DNA from: Pontimonas sp.
GTDB lineage: Bacteria > Actinomycetota > Actinomycetes > Actinomycetales > Microbacteriaceae
Length of the DNA stretch: 53,750 nucleotides
NCBI GenBank assembly: GCA_017852615.1
Contig: JAFMKX010000002.1
Location: forward strand, 1-53,750
Reading direction: 5' to 3'
Made by a program: the position numbers and the translations under genes. Position 1 is the stretch's first letter. The number at the start of each line of letters is the position of its first letter. This document shows positions 41,114 to 52,150 of this stretch, in pieces. The notes below the pieces were generated by a model. That model did no database searches. It worked only from the letters and a program-made list of their open reading frames with translations, and had not been told where the DNA came from.

Positions 41114-41151
41114 AGCAAACAAGACTAGTCTCGGTGGGAAGGAGAGAAACA

Positions 41152-41670
41152 ATGGCAGCAATTCAGGCATATACCGTGGTGAAAAAACTCGATCGCACCA
41201 CCGAACTTCGTGATTACCCAGCGCACACTCTGATCAGTTGCGAAGTCGATGACAACTTAGAACAAGCAGGCTCTCGCGGCTTTGGACCGCTGGTGCGCTA
41301 CATCTCGGGGGCGAACCAGGCTCGTCAGCAAATTGCCATGACCTCCCCGGTTCTCCATGCGCCCCAGACCGCCCGCCATCACGTGATCAGCTTTGTGTTG
41401 CCCGAGGGTATGGCCCCAGAAGATGCCCCGGTTCCCTCCGATGCTCGCGTCACTGTGGTGCAGGTGCCACCACGACAAGTGGCAGCTAGGCGCTTTAGCG
41501 GTGGGTGGCGGCAAAGCCAGGTGTTAGACAACGCGCAGGAGCTCACCAAGACCGTCGAAAAAGCGGGATTAGTAGCCGTGGGTGAGGTATTTTATGGTCG
41601 CTATGACCCACCCTGGAAACCAGGTTTTGCCCGTCGCAATGAAGCGCTGGTGGAAGTGGGCAGAGTCTAA
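41152..41670 (+). CDS. SOUL family heme-binding protein
   Basis: ELRDYP, GFGPLVRYISGAN, IAMTSPV, FVLP, RRFSG, YDPPW..RRNE. Confidence 0.88.
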   Translation: MAAIQAYTVVKKLDRTTELRDYPAHTLISCEVDDNLEQAGSRGFGPLVRYISGANQARQQIAMTSPVLHAPQTARHHVISFVLPEGMAPEDAPVPSDARVTVVQVPPRQVAARRFSGGWRQSQVLDNAQELTKTVEKAGLVAVGEVFYGRYDPPWKPGFARRNEALVEVGRV

Positions 41671-41750
41671 ACCTCTACTTCGGGTGTGGCGAGGAAACCT
41701 CTCGGTGCTCCCTGCTACTGTGTAGCCACAAACTTCATATTGGGCCCCAC

Positions 41751-41930
41751 GCTGGGCGGGAGAGACATCAGAAACTGTGATGTCACCGAAGGAGCAAGCC
41801 TCCCCGCCAATCTCTCAGGTCACCCGTACCGTCTAGCGAGGCCACTCTGGAAAGTGGAATGATTCATCATTCCCGCCGACGGTGAAAGCGCTCTCGAGCG
41901 TGAAACTCTCAGGCCAATGACAGAGGGGGA
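41751..41930 (+). promoter_or_regulatory. Tandem glycine riboswitch
   Basis: Aptamer 1 GGGAGA..CACCGAAGGAGCAA..TCTCTCAGG; aptamer 2 CTCTGGAAAG..CGCCGACGGTGAA..AACTCTCAGG..ACAGAG; directly upstream of gcvT. Confidence 0.93.
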
Positions 41931-41968
41931 GTCACAGCGTTATTTGTGCACGGTGACTCGGGGGACCT

Positions 41969-43075
41969 ATGAGCGGCAAACACACTCCACTGCATGCAGT
42001 GCATGTGGCAGCAGGAGCGACCTTTACTGATTTTGCGGGCTATGACATGCCCGTGCGCTACAGCTCAGATCTTGAAGAGCACCACAGCGTGCGCACTGCG
42101 GCGGGAATCTTTGATCTTTCCCACATGGCAGAAATCGATGTCAGTGGCCCTCAGGCTGCCCAGTTCCTGGACTATGCCCTGAGCAATCGTCTCTCGGCGA
42201 TGGAGATGTTGCAGGCTAAGTATTCGCTTCTGCTGAGTCCCTCGGGTGGGGTAGTCGATGACCTGATTGTGTATCGATTTGGTGCGGAGCACTTCCTCAT
42301 TGTGGCCAATGCGTCCAATCGCGAGGTCGCGTTTAGTGAACTACTCGCTCGCAGTGCCGATTTCGATGTCGAGGTGCGTGATGATTCTGATGCCTGGGCG
42401 CTCATTGCGGTGCAAGGCCCGGTCTCTCGCGAGGTCATGATGGCTTCGTCGATAACCCCGGATTCACCTCTCGAGGATTTGCGTTACTACCGGTTCATCA
42501 CCGGTGAATTCCAGGGTCAGCCCATTGCTATTGCCAGAACCGGATACACCGGCGAAGACGGCTATGAAGTGTTTGTTCCTGCTGCTCACGCCAGCGAGGT
42601 GTGGGCGGATCTCGAAGCGGTGGGGATGCCTCTGGGTCTAGTGCGCTGCGGCCTTGCCTGTCGGGACACTCTGCGCTTAGAAGCGGGGATGCCGCTCTAT
42701 GGTCACGAACTTGGTCTTGACTACTCCCCAGCCCAGGCTGGCCTGGCTCGAGCCGTCGATAACACCAAAGATGATTTTGTCGGCGCTGGTGTGATGCCGG
42801 TGGGTCCCACGTCCTCTCGAGTGTTGGTGGGGCTTGTTGCCGAAGGTAAACGAGCTCCGAGAGCCGGATACGCTGTGCTCTCGAGCGAGGGTGAGCCCAT
42901 CGGAGAGGTTACCTCTGGAGCGCTTTCGCCCACGCTGGGGTATCCCGTTGCAATGGCGTACATCGATTCAGATCACGCAACACCGGGTCATTCGCTCCTG
43001 GTCGATGTTCGCGGGTCTCATCTGAGCGTTAGTGTTCAAGAACTTCCGTTTTATTCTCGAAAGAAGGTTGCGTGA
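41969..43075 (+). CDS. gcvT: Glycine cleavage aminomethyltransferase
   Basis: [39 protein letters not shown]. Confidence 0.96.
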   Translation: MSGKHTPLHAVHVAAGATFTDFAGYDMPVRYSSDLEEHHSVRTAAGIFDLSHMAEIDVSGPQAAQFLDYALSNRLSAMEMLQAKYSLLLSPSGGVVDDLIVYRFGAEHFLIVANASNREVAFSELLARSADFDVEVRDDSDAWALIAVQGPVSREVMMASSITPDSPLEDLRYYRFITGEFQGQPIAIARTGYTGEDGYEVFVPAAHASEVWADLEAVGMPLGLVRCGLACRDTLRLEAGMPLYGHELGLDYSPAQAGLARAVDNTKDDFVGAGVMPVGPTSSRVLVGLVAEGKRAPRAGYAVLSSEGEPIGEVTSGALSPTLGYPVAMAYIDSDHATPGHSLLVDVRGSHLSVSVQELPFYSRKKVA

Positions 43076-43449
43076 TGAGTGCTGTACCCGAAAATCTCTC
43101 CTACACCGCAGAGCACGAGTGGCTCCTCATTGATGGCGATGTAGCCACGGTGGGCATCACTCAGTTCGCTGCTGATGCCCTGGGTGACATTGTCTATGTC
43201 GCCCTGCCTTCGGTGGGGGATTCGATCAAGCCAGGTGCCGTGGTTGGGGAAGTGGAATCGACGAAGTCTGTCGGAGAAATTTTTGCTCCCGCTGCCGGTG
43301 AGGTGCTGGAGGCCAATCAGGTCGTCGTGGATGCTCCCGACACCGTCAACGCCGATCCCTATGGAAACGGCTGGCTGATCAAGATTCGCTTTAGTGAGCT
43401 CCCCGAGCTTTTAGACGCCACCGCCTACCAAGCCCTCATCCAGGAGTAA
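43075..43449 (+). CDS. gcvH: Glycine cleavage H protein
   Basis: [21 protein letters not shown] lipoyl-lysine motif, DPYGNGW. Confidence 0.96.
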   Translation: MSAVPENLSYTAEHEWLLIDGDVATVGITQFAADALGDIVYVALPSVGDSIKPGAVVGEVESTKSVGEIFAPAAGEVLEANQVVVDAPDTVNADPYGNGWLIKIRFSELPELLDATAYQALIQE

Positions 43450-43451
43450 CC

Positions 43452-46385
43452 ATGACCGCTGCCTTTTCCTCTCGACACATCGGAACGGACGACAACGCGC
43501 AAGCGTTGATGCTCAACCGCCTGGGTTTCCCCAGCCTCGATGCGTTGATGGATGCAGCAGTCCCCGGTCATTTACGAATGGCAGAAATCGCTGAATCAGT
43601 GATTCCTCCCGCAGCGAGTGAAGCCGAAGCTTTGGCTGAGTTGCGCGCCCTGGCGCAGGCCAACACGGTGCACAGGTCTCTGATCGGACAGGGCTATTAC
43701 CCCAGCTACACACCCTCAGTCATCAAGCGCAACGTGCTAGAAAACCCCAGCTGGTATACCGCCTACACCCCGTATCAGCCAGAAATTTCTCAAGGTCGTC
43801 TCGAAGCCCTGCTTAATTTTCAGACGATGGTGGCGGACCTCACTGGCATGGCCACGGCTAACGCCTCCATGTTGGATGAATCGACCGCTGTGGCGGAGGC
43901 AATGTTGCTGGCCAGGCGGGCATCGGGTTCTCCCAGCAATGTGTTTCTCGTCGACCGCGATGCGTTTGCCCACACCAAAGCAGTGGTGGCCGGTCGGGCC
44001 GAACCTCTGGGTATTGAGATTGTGGAGACCGACTTCTCGGGCGATATTCCGCAGTGCTTTGGGGCCTTTATTCAATATCCCGGTGCTTCTGGGCGAATCT
44101 GGAATCCCACGAGTGTGGTGGAAGCCCTCCATGGCCACGACGCCATGGTCGTGGTGGCCGCCGACATGTTGGCGATGACACTGGTGACCTCGCCGGGTGA
44201 ATGTGGCGCTGATATTGCGGTGGGAACAACCCAGCGTTTGGGAATTCCCTTGGGCTTTGGTGGCCCTCACGCTGGATACCTCGCTGTTCGAGGCGGCCTC
44301 GAGCGTCAAATGCCTGGTCGACTCATTGGTGTGTCCAAAGACGCTGCGGGTAACCCGGCCTACCGGTTGACCCTGCAAACACGGGAACAGCACATCCGGA
44401 GAGATAAAGCCACGAGCAACATTTGTACCGCTCAGGTGCTCCTCGCCGTCATGGCGGGAATGTTTGCGGTCTATCACGGCCCTGAGGGGCTCAAAGACAT
44501 CGCAACAGGTATTGCGACAAAAACCGCAGGCTTGGCCCAGGCTTTACGTGACGCTGGGCATGATGTGGTCCACGGAGAATTTTTTGACACCCTGACACTG
44601 AATCTCCCAGGAGCCGCTGAAGCCTTGGTGGCCAAGGCACGCGCGGTGGGGGTGTTGCTCCACCTGGTGGATGCAAACACCGTGTCGCTATCCCTGGATG
44701 AGACCACCATTGGCGAGCACACCGGTGTGCTCAAGGGCACGCTGGAGCAACACTTGGCGGAAATCTTTGAACTAACCGACTACACCGGAGAACTAGCCGC
44801 GCCCGCACTGCCCCAGGATTTGGTGCGCACCAGCTCGTACTTGGAGCACCCGGTGTTTCACGCTCACCATTCAGAAACCGCGATGATGCGCTATCTCAAG
44901 CAACTCGCGGACAAGGATTACGCGCTGGATCGAGGGATGATTCCGCTGGGTAGTTGCACGATGAAGCTCAATGCCGCCACCGAAATGGAAGCCGTGAGTT
45001 GGCCAGAGTTTTCTGGATTGCACCCCTTCGCGCCGGAAGAAGACACTCAGGGCTACCTGGTGATGATGTCGCACCTCGAAACGTGGCTTGCTGAGTTGAC
45101 CGGGTATGACTCGGTGTCGCTTCAGCCCAATGCTGGAAGCCAAGGCGAGTACGCGGGCCTCTTAGCTATTCGTGGCTACCACCGCTCCCGCGGTGATGAC
45201 CACCGCACGGTGTGTTTGATCCCCTCTAGCGCCCACGGCACGAATGCTGCCAGTGCAGTGTTGGCGGGAATGCAGGTGGTCGTTATTGCCTGTAACGAGC
45301 GCGGTGATGTCGACATTGAGGACGTCCACGCCAAGATTGCCGAACACGCGGATAATTTGGCTGCTTTGATGGTGACCTATCCGTCGACCCACGGAGTTTA
45401 TGAACACGGCATCAACGACATCACCGATGCCGTGCATGCCGCTGGTGGGCAGGTCTATATCGATGGCGCCAACCTCAACGCTCTGGTGGGCTTTTCTCGC
45501 TATGGCGATATCGGGGGAGATGTCTCGCACCTCAATCTTCACAAGACGTTCTGTATTCCCCACGGTGGTGGTGGCCCAGGCGTAGGCCCGGTCGGCGCCA
45601 AAGCGCACTTAGCTCCCTTCTTACCCGGCCACCCCCAGGCTCAAATGGATGTTCATCCACCGTTTGATCCCGCAACGCTGAAGGCTGGCACCCAGGTTCA
45701 CGGTGGCGTTCCCGTCTCGGCGGCGCCCTATGGAAGCCCCAGCATTTTGCCGATTCCCTGGGCGTATGTGCGCATGATGGGACCCGATGGCTTGGCGCGG
45801 GCGACCGCCTCGGCGGTGTTGGCTGCTAACTACGTGGCCACTCGTCTGAGCGAGCACTATGACGTGTTGTATACCGGGGATAACGGTTTAGTGGCCCACG
45901 AAGCCGTTATTGATATTCGACCCTTGAGTGCCGCCACCGGCATCACTGTCGATGATGTGGCCAAGCGTTTGGTCGACTATGGCTTCCACGCTCCCACGAT
46001 GTCGTTCCCCGTGGCGGGAACCCTCATGATCGAACCCACCGAAAGTGAAGACTTAGGCGAACTCGATCGTTTCATCGACGCCATGATTGCCATTCGACAC
46101 GAAGCGGATCAGGTGGCTGCCGGTGTGTGGCCAAGTGACGACAATCCTTTGGTCAATGCTCCGCACACCGCGGCCAGTGTTACTACCTCGCACTGGACTC
46201 ACCCCTATTCACGCGAGCTTGCGTGTTATCCCGCTGCTGTGGCGCAACTACCTGAGGTGAGTGATGGTCTTGGCGCTATGCCCGGGGTGGCGAGTAAGTA
46301 TTGGCCACCGGTTCGCCGAGTAGACCAAGCTTTTGGTGATCGTAACCTGGTGTGCTCGTGCCCACCGATTGAGGCTTTTGCCTAG
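43452..46385 (+). CDS. gcvP: Glycine dehydrogenase (decarboxylating)
   Basis: [48 protein letters not shown]. Confidence 0.97.
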   Translation: MTAAFSSRHIGTDDNAQALMLNRLGFPSLDALMDAAVPGHLRMAEIAESVIPPAASEAEALAELRALAQANTVHRSLIGQGYYPSYTPSVIKRNVLENPSWYTAYTPYQPEISQGRLEALLNFQTMVADLTGMATANASMLDESTAVAEAMLLARRASGSPSNVFLVDRDAFAHTKAVVAGRAEPLGIEIVETDFSGDIPQCFGAFIQYPGASGRIWNPTSVVEALHGHDAMVVVAADMLAMTLVTSPGECGADIAVGTTQRLGIPLGFGGPHAGYLAVRGGLERQMPGRLIGVSKDAAGNPAYRLTLQTREQHIRRDKATSNICTAQVLLAVMAGMFAVYHGPEGLKDIATGIATKTAGLAQALRDAGHDVVHGEFFDTLTLNLPGAAEALVAKARAVGVLLHLVDANTVSLSLDETTIGEHTGVLKGTLEQHLAEIFELTDYTGELAAPALPQDLVRTSSYLEHPVFHAHHSETAMMRYLKQLADKDYALDRGMIPLGSCTMKLNAATEMEAVSWPEFSGLHPFAPEEDTQGYLVMMSHLETWLAELTGYDSVSLQPNAGSQGEYAGLLAIRGYHRSRGDDHRTVCLIPSSAHGTNAASAVLAGMQVVVIACNERGDVDIEDVHAKIAEHADNLAALMVTYPSTHGVYEHGINDITDAVHAAGGQVYIDGANLNALVGFSRYGDIGGDVSHLNLHKTFCIPHGGGGPGVGPVGAKAHLAPFLPGHPQAQMDVHPPFDPATLKAGTQVHGGVPVSAAPYGSPSILPIPWAYVRMMGPDGLARATASAVLAANYVATRLSEHYDVLYTGDNGLVAHEAVIDIRPLSAATGITVDDVAKRLVDYGFHAPTMSFPVAGTLMIEPTESEDLGELDRFIDAMIAIRHEADQVAAGVWPSDDNPLVNAPHTAASVTTSHWTHPYSRELACYPAAVAQLPEVSDGLGAMPGVASKYWPPVRRVDQAFGDRNLVCSCPPIEAFA

Positions 46386-46855
46386 AGTTTGACGAGCTCT
46401 CGCTGGAGGGTTTTCGCTGTTTGAAACGTCATCCCCAACAGGGCAACGTGTTTCCACGCAAGCTTTCCCTCGGCATCGATGATGAAAATACTGCGTCGCA
46501 CGCCAATACCCATCAGGCCCACCCCGTAAGCCTGGACGACATCACCTTTTTCATCGGAGAGCAGCGGGAATCCCAGGCGTTTGGTGCGAGCAAACTTCTC
46601 GTGGCTCCCGGCGTTTTGACGAGAGATCCCCCAAATTTCGGCGCCTAGCTCTCGAAACGCATCCATCTCATCTTCATAGCTACACAGCTGAGCTGTGCAT
46701 CCGGGGGAATTATCGGCCGGGTAAAAAGCGAGCACCACAGGGTGGCCTCGGCGCTCGGAGAGCGTGAAGTGGGTTTTCGCTGGCTGCCCGTCCACCATGG
46801 TGATTCCGGGAAGGGTGAAGTCGGGGGCTAGTTCGCCAATCTCAGGTGTAGTCAC
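46382..46855 (-). CDS. Peroxiredoxin (Bcp/PrxQ)
   Basis: [34 protein letters not shown]. Confidence 0.9.
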   Translation of the reverse strand: MTTPEIGELAPDFTLPGITMVDGQPAKTHFTLSERRGHPVVLAFYPADNSPGCTAQLCSYEDEMDAFRELGAEIWGISRQNAGSHEKFARTKRLGFPLLSDEKGDVVQAYGVGLMGIGVRRSIFIIDAEGKLAWKHVALLGMTFQTAKTLQRELVKL

Positions 46856-46866
46856 GAGAGGACACG

Positions 46867-47631
46867 CTAACCCACATTCCCGAGAATTTCTGGGAAGTTC
46901 TCAGCCACGAGGGGATATCCCACAAACGCCACCGCGTCGATGAGCGTGTGAGCAAGAATGAGCGGCGCCAAACGCCGGGTTTTCGCATAGAAATACCCGA
47001 AGACCAAACCCATCACAAAATTCCCCACAAAACCACCAAATCCTTGGTAAAGGTGGTAGCTCGCGCGCAAGAATGCTTGGCCGAAAATGATCCCCACCAC
47101 AGGAACCTTCAGTTGCTCAAGCCTGGCAAAGAGGTAGCCCACCCCGATGACTTCTTCGAGCACGCCTGCTCGAAGCGCAAGCAGCAACAGCATGGGCACA
47201 CTCCACCAATACGGTGACAGGTCCGAGGCCACAATCGTGACGTTGAGCTCCAGAGAGCGGCTGAGGAAATAAAGCCCCAGACCGGGAATGCCGATTGCCG
47301 CAGCAAGGCCAAGGCCCCTGGCGCTATCGCGCCCAGGTTTGGTGAGGTCTAGTCCAAGCCTCCCCAGGTGAGGGCGGGTGTGGTTCCATAACAACAACAC
47401 CACGAGAGCCACCGGCATCAGGGCTGAGGCCACACCGAGAAGTTGGTAACTAAAGTCAGCCCACTCCAGGTCACTCGCACTGCGATTCAAGGTGGCGGTT
47501 TGAGCACTCAGGGGTGTGTCCCGCGAGAGCCGAATAGCAATCCCCACCAGGGAATACAGTGCGCTCATGCCCAGACTCAGGCCTAAGACGATAGTGATTT
47601 CGACTATCAGACGCCGTCTGCTCATCGCCAT
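46867..47631 (-). CDS. CPBP (CAAX/Abi) family intramembrane metalloprotease
   Basis: Multiple TM segments, LEEVI, YHLYQG, AH..D motifs. Confidence 0.88.
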   Translation of the reverse strand: MAMSRRRLIVEITIVLGLSLGMSALYSLVGIAIRLSRDTPLSAQTATLNRSASDLEWADFSYQLLGVASALMPVALVVLLLWNHTRPHLGRLGLDLTKPGRDSARGLGLAAAIGIPGLGLYFLSRSLELNVTIVASDLSPYWWSVPMLLLLALRAGVLEEVIGVGYLFARLEQLKVPVVGIIFGQAFLRASYHLYQGFGGFVGNFVMGLVFGYFYAKTRRLAPLILAHTLIDAVAFVGYPLVAENFPEILGNVG

Positions 47632-47640
47632 TGCGGTGGG

Positions 47641-48036
47641 TTAGCGGGTGGGGCTGGCGGGGTCACACGCCGGCGTTCCCCCGGGCAGTTTGTGGCGGTA
47701 GCGAGCGATGAGGGCATAGACGCCCGAGGCCAACCAGGAAATCGGTGGGGTCGCGAGAAGCCATCCGAGTAGTCGAAGAGCAAAACGCGGTTGCGCTCGT
47801 AGCAAAGCGCTGGTGGCTAACGCTCCGCCGTAATGGTGGGTGGGTGTGATGTACCAGGCGAATTTTTCCACGTCGAGTGGGGTGAGGGCATAGTCCTCGA
47901 TAGCAATACTTTGCGAGGTTTTGGCCTCAGGGAAGCGGGGCAGCCACTCGCGTAATCGGTTCACCCACAGGGTGCAAAACGCGCAATCACCGTCATAAAT
48001 TAAGACGTGGCGATCAATCGAGGACGAGCGGGGCAT
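47641..48036 (-). CDS. DCC-family thiol-disulfide oxidoreductase
   Basis: LIYDGDCAFC, Y..IARYRH..PGGTPAC. Confidence 0.88.
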   Translation of the reverse strand: MPRSSSIDRHVLIYDGDCAFCTLWVNRLREWLPRFPEAKTSQSIAIEDYALTPLDVEKFAWYITPTHHYGGALATSALLRAQPRFALRLLGWLLATPPISWLASGVYALIARYRHKLPGGTPACDPASPTR

Positions 48037-48138
48037 ACCTCCATGCTAGGCCTTCTGTCTGTGGGGCCGGTAGGATAGGGGGGCAGGGCTACGGTTGGAA
48101 GTTTCTGCTCCGTCTTAGCCCCTTAAGGAAATCTCATC

Positions 48139-50055
48139 ATGGCTATCGCCACTCGAAGTGACGTGCGTAACGTCGCCATTGTTGCCCACGTTGACCACGG
48201 TAAAACGACCCTCGTTGATGCCATGTTGCGCCAGACCGGATCCTTTGCCGATCACGGACCTGTGACTGATCGCGCCATGGATTCAGGGGATCTGGAAAAA
48301 GAAAAAGGCATCACGATTCTCGCGAAGAACACCGCGGTGACCTACAGCGGTATTCACGCTGGGGGATCGGACATCACGATCAACGTGATCGACACCCCTG
48401 GCCACGCGGATTTTGGTGGCGAAGTGGAACGCGGCCTGAGCATGGTCGATGGTGTGGTGCTGCTGGTTGATGCCAGTGAAGGCCCGCTTCCGCAAACTCG
48501 CTTTGTCTTGCGTAAAGCGCTTGCCGCGAAACTTCCCGTGATTTTGTTGGTCAATAAGACTGACCGTCCCGACTCTCGTATTGATGCCGTGGTGCACGAA
48601 ACACAGGATCTCTTGATTGGTTTGGCCTCGGATCTTTCGGATGAAGTACCGGATTTAGATGTGGACGCCATCCTGGATCTCCCCATTGTCTATGCCTCAG
48701 GCCGTGAGGGTGCGGCGAGCACGAACAAGCCAGCGGATGGCACCCTGCCCGATAATGGCGACTTAGAGCCCCTCTTCGGCGCGATTCTTGCCCACATCCC
48801 ACCGCCCACCTATGACGACACCCACCCCCTGCAGGCTCACGTCACCAACCTCGACGCCTCACCGTTCTTGGGCCGTATTGCCTTGCTGCGTATTTTCCAG
48901 GGCACCCTCACCAAGGGCCAAACCGTCGCGTGGGTTCGTCATGATGGCAGCGTGCAGAACGTGCGCATTACCGAATTATTGATGACCAAAGCTCTCGAGC
49001 GCGTTCCTGCTCAGAGCGCCATGGCAGGAGATATTGTCGCCGTGGCAGGAATTGAAGAAATCACCATTGGTGAAACCATCGCCGATCCTGATGATGTTCG
49101 GCCGTTGCCCGCCATCACGGTGGACGAACCCGCGATTTCGATGACCATTGGCACGAACACGTCCCCACTGGTGGGCTTGGTCAAGGGACACAAGCTCACT
49201 GCTCGCATGGTGAAGGACCGTCTTGATCGTGAACTCATTGGTAACGTCTCCATTCGCGTTGTCGACGTGGGACGCCCCGACGCCTGGGAAGTTCAAGGTC
49301 GAGGCGAATTGGCCCTGGCCATCCTGGTGGAGAACATGCGCCGTGAAGGCTTTGAGCTCACCGTGGGTAAGCCACAGGTTGTCACCAAGAAGGTAGATGG
49401 CTCCGTTCACGAACCTTTTGAAGCGCTCACCATTGATGCGCCGGAAGAATTTGTGGGTGCCATCACCCAGCTCTTAGCTGCGCGTAAAGGTCGCATGGAC
49501 AACATGTCCAATCACGGCACCGGCTGGGTTCGCATGGAATTCACCGTTCCTTCCCGAGGCCTCATTGGATTTAGGACTGAATTCCTCACGATGACTCGTG
49601 GTCAGGGAATTGCCAACGCCATTGCCGCTGGTTTTGATAAGTGGGCTGGCAGCATCGTCACCCGTAACTCGGGTTCCATCGTGGCCGATCGAACCGGTGT
49701 GGTTACCTCCAACGCCATGATGGCTCTGCAAGAGCGCATGACGTTCTTTGTTAAGCCCACCGAAGCCGTCTATGAAGGCATGGTGGTGGGGGAGAACTCT
49801 CGCGGCGATGACATGGATGTCAACATCACCAAAGAAAAGAAGCTCAACAACATTCGCTCCTCCACGGCGGAAGAACTTGAGCGTCTCACCCCACCGCGCC
49901 AAATGTCCTTAGAGGAATGTCTGGAATTTGCCCGCGAGGATGAGTGCGTTGAGGTCACCCCGGAGATTGTGCGTATTCGCAAGGTGGAATTGGATCAAAA
50001 TCTGCGTGCCCGGATCACGTCGCGTTTGAAGAAACAAGACGCGCCCAACGGTTAA
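48139..50055 (+). CDS. typA: Translational GTPase TypA/BipA
   Basis: [50 protein letters not shown]. Confidence 0.97.
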   Translation: MAIATRSDVRNVAIVAHVDHGKTTLVDAMLRQTGSFADHGPVTDRAMDSGDLEKEKGITILAKNTAVTYSGIHAGGSDITINVIDTPGHADFGGEVERGLSMVDGVVLLVDASEGPLPQTRFVLRKALAAKLPVILLVNKTDRPDSRIDAVVHETQDLLIGLASDLSDEVPDLDVDAILDLPIVYASGREGAASTNKPADGTLPDNGDLEPLFGAILAHIPPPTYDDTHPLQAHVTNLDASPFLGRIALLRIFQGTLTKGQTVAWVRHDGSVQNVRITELLMTKALERVPAQSAMAGDIVAVAGIEEITIGETIADPDDVRPLPAITVDEPAISMTIGTNTSPLVGLVKGHKLTARMVKDRLDRELIGNVSIRVVDVGRPDAWEVQGRGELALAILVENMRREGFELTVGKPQVVTKKVDGSVHEPFEALTIDAPEEFVGAITQLLAARKGRMDNMSNHGTGWVRMEFTVPSRGLIGFRTEFLTMTRGQGIANAIAAGFDKWAGSIVTRNSGSIVADRTGVVTSNAMMALQERMTFFVKPTEAVYEGMVVGENSRGDDMDVNITKEKKLNNIRSSTAEELERLTPPRQMSLEECLEFAREDECVEVTPEIVRIRKVELDQNLRARITSRLKKQDAPNG

Positions 50056-50075
50056 GAGATAGGTACGCTGAAGTA

Positions 50076-50858
50076 ATGAAGGTCGCAAGGTTTAGCCTCA
50101 GCGGGGGCGAGCCGCTCTATGGCATCGTCGATGGCGATGACCTGGTGGTTCTTGCTGGCGACCCGCTCTATCACGGGATAAATCCCACGGACCAACGCGT
50201 CCCGATGGATAAAGCAACGCTGTTGGCACCGGTGATTCCTCGATCCAAAGTGGTCTGTGTGGGGATGAACTATGCCGAGCATGCCAAAGACATGGATCAC
50301 GAGAGTTCGGGAAACCCGCTGATTTTCCTCAAACCCAACACCTCGGTGATTGGCCCAGGAGATCCGATTGTGATTCCCCCGGTGGAAGGCCGCATCGTCC
50401 ACGAAGGAGAACTCGCTATCGTCATTGGCTCTGTGGCCAAGCGGGTGAAAGCGGCGGACTGGCGTGATGTGGTCTTTGGATTCACCATTGCCAACGATGT
50501 TTCGGCTAGAGACGTGATGTTTGCCGATGGTCAGTGGGCGCGAGCTAAGGGTTATGACACGTTTTGTCCCCTAGGCCCCTTCATCGACACCGAGATTGAC
50601 CCCTCTGACTTAGAGATCACCACCTATGTCGATGGGGAACTGCGCCGCAAGGGCAGCACCAAAGACCTGATTTACTCGATACCCGAAATCATCGAGTTTT
50701 GTTCGGACGTGTGGACGTTGCTCCCGGGCGATGTCATCTGCACAGGAACCCCCTCGGGGCTCGGTAGTTTCGTCGATGGTCAAACGATTGACATTCACAT
50801 CGAAGGCCTGGGTACCCTTTCGAACCCGGCAAAGAATCGTGATGACCGCACAAACTGA
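50076..50858 (+). CDS. Fumarylacetoacetate hydrolase family protein
   Basis: KVVCVGMNY, FLKP, HEGEL, NDVSARD, AKGYDTFCPLGP, GDVICTGTP. Confidence 0.92.
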   Translation: MKVARFSLSGGEPLYGIVDGDDLVVLAGDPLYHGINPTDQRVPMDKATLLAPVIPRSKVVCVGMNYAEHAKDMDHESSGNPLIFLKPNTSVIGPGDPIVIPPVEGRIVHEGELAIVIGSVAKRVKAADWRDVVFGFTIANDVSARDVMFADGQWARAKGYDTFCPLGPFIDTEIDPSDLEITTYVDGELRRKGSTKDLIYSIPEIIEFCSDVWTLLPGDVICTGTPSGLGSFVDGQTIDIHIEGLGTLSNPAKNRDDRTN

Positions 50859-52116
50859 TGCTTCGCTAGAAATCGCCCAGCGCAAAGTTCGCGCTGTCTT
50901 GATCTTGGGCCAAATCATGGCCGGCCTTGGCATGGGGGCAACCCTGTCCATGGGCGCTATTTTGGCCGGTCGCATCGGAGGCTCGGATGCGCTGTCAGGA
51001 ATGGCGGCGACCATGGCAACCCTGGGCGCTGCCTTGGCGGCGGTTCCCCTGGCGAGCCTGGCGTCACGCGCAGGTCGGGCAATTTCTCTCGCCAGTGGTG
51101 CCAGCGTGGCAGCACTGGGCGGGCTCGTCGTTATCGGCGCCATTGTGGTGAGCAGTTTTATTCTGCTTTTAGTGGGATTGATGATGGTGGGCGTAGGAAC
51201 GGCCGTCAACTTGCAATCACGCTTTGCCGCGACCGATATTGCGGCGCCGGCCACCCGAGGAAGAGATCTTTCCCTGGTGGTGTGGGCCACCACAGTGGGG
51301 GCAGTATCTGGTCCTAACTTGCTTACCCCCGGGGAAATTTTGGGTGGTTGGCTGGGACTCCCGGAATTAGCCGGGCCTTTTGTGTTCACTGTTGGTGCGC
51401 AGCTCAGTGCCGCGATTGTCTATTTCGTGGGGCTGCGTCCTGATCCACTCACCCTGGCCAAAGATGCTGCGCTCGCTCGAGCCACCAGCGGCAGCACTTC
51501 ACCAACGCAAGACGTTCCGGATAGCCCGCAGGTTCAACGCGCGGCTATTGCGGCTATTGCCCTCTCCCATGCCGTCATGGTCTCGGTGATGGCGATGACG
51601 CCGGTGCACTTGGTCAACCATGGTGCTTCTCTGGCCATTGTGGGGTTCACCATTTCCCTGCACATTGCCGGCATGTATGCCTTGGCACCTCTTTTTGGCA
51701 TCTTGGCCGATCGTCTGGGGCGCATCTCGACGATCATGATCGGCCAGGTTATTTTTGCCATCAGCTTGGCTTTTACCGGTTTTGGCTCAGAAAACGAGAT
51801 CGCGGTCGTTATCGGTCTGGTGCTCTTAGGGTTGGGCTGGAGCGCTTCGACGGTGGCCGGATCGACGTTGCTGACAGAATCAACCTCACTCGCACGACGG
51901 GCGAAAGTGCAAGGTGTCTCGGATTTGTTGATGAGTGGCTCCGGTGCCACCGGGGGAGCTCTCGCGGGCGTGGTCCTCAGTTTCTTGGGTTACAGCGGGT
52001 TGTCTTTTGTCGTGGTGAGCCTGGTCGTGATTATTTCGCTCACGATGGCGGTGGCTCATCGTCGCGGACACTCTGCGAAGCTTCGTGATCTCTCGCCTAG
52101 CACCTATGACATCTAG
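50842..52116 (+). CDS. MFS transporter
   Basis: About 12 TM segments, RFAATD, LADRLGR motif A. Confidence 0.88.
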   Translation: MTAQTDASLEIAQRKVRAVLILGQIMAGLGMGATLSMGAILAGRIGGSDALSGMAATMATLGAALAAVPLASLASRAGRAISLASGASVAALGGLVVIGAIVVSSFILLLVGLMMVGVGTAVNLQSRFAATDIAAPATRGRDLSLVVWATTVGAVSGPNLLTPGEILGGWLGLPELAGPFVFTVGAQLSAAIVYFVGLRPDPLTLAKDAALARATSGSTSPTQDVPDSPQVQRAAIAAIALSHAVMVSVMAMTPVHLVNHGASLAIVGFTISLHIAGMYALAPLFGILADRLGRISTIMIGQVIFAISLAFTGFGSENEIAVVIGLVLLGLGWSASTVAGSTLLTESTSLARRAKVQGVSDLLMSGSGATGGALAGVVLSFLGYSGLSFVVVSLVVIISLTMAVAHRRGHSAKLRDLSPSTYDI

Positions 52117-52150
52117 GCTCGCGCCTGTCACCTCCTAGACTGGTGTCCTC

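Noticed and set aside
46867-47631. CPBP/Abi protein (and MazG at 10268) as anti-phage defence
   Set aside because: No defence-island context, and mazG sits in the core mfd-eno block.
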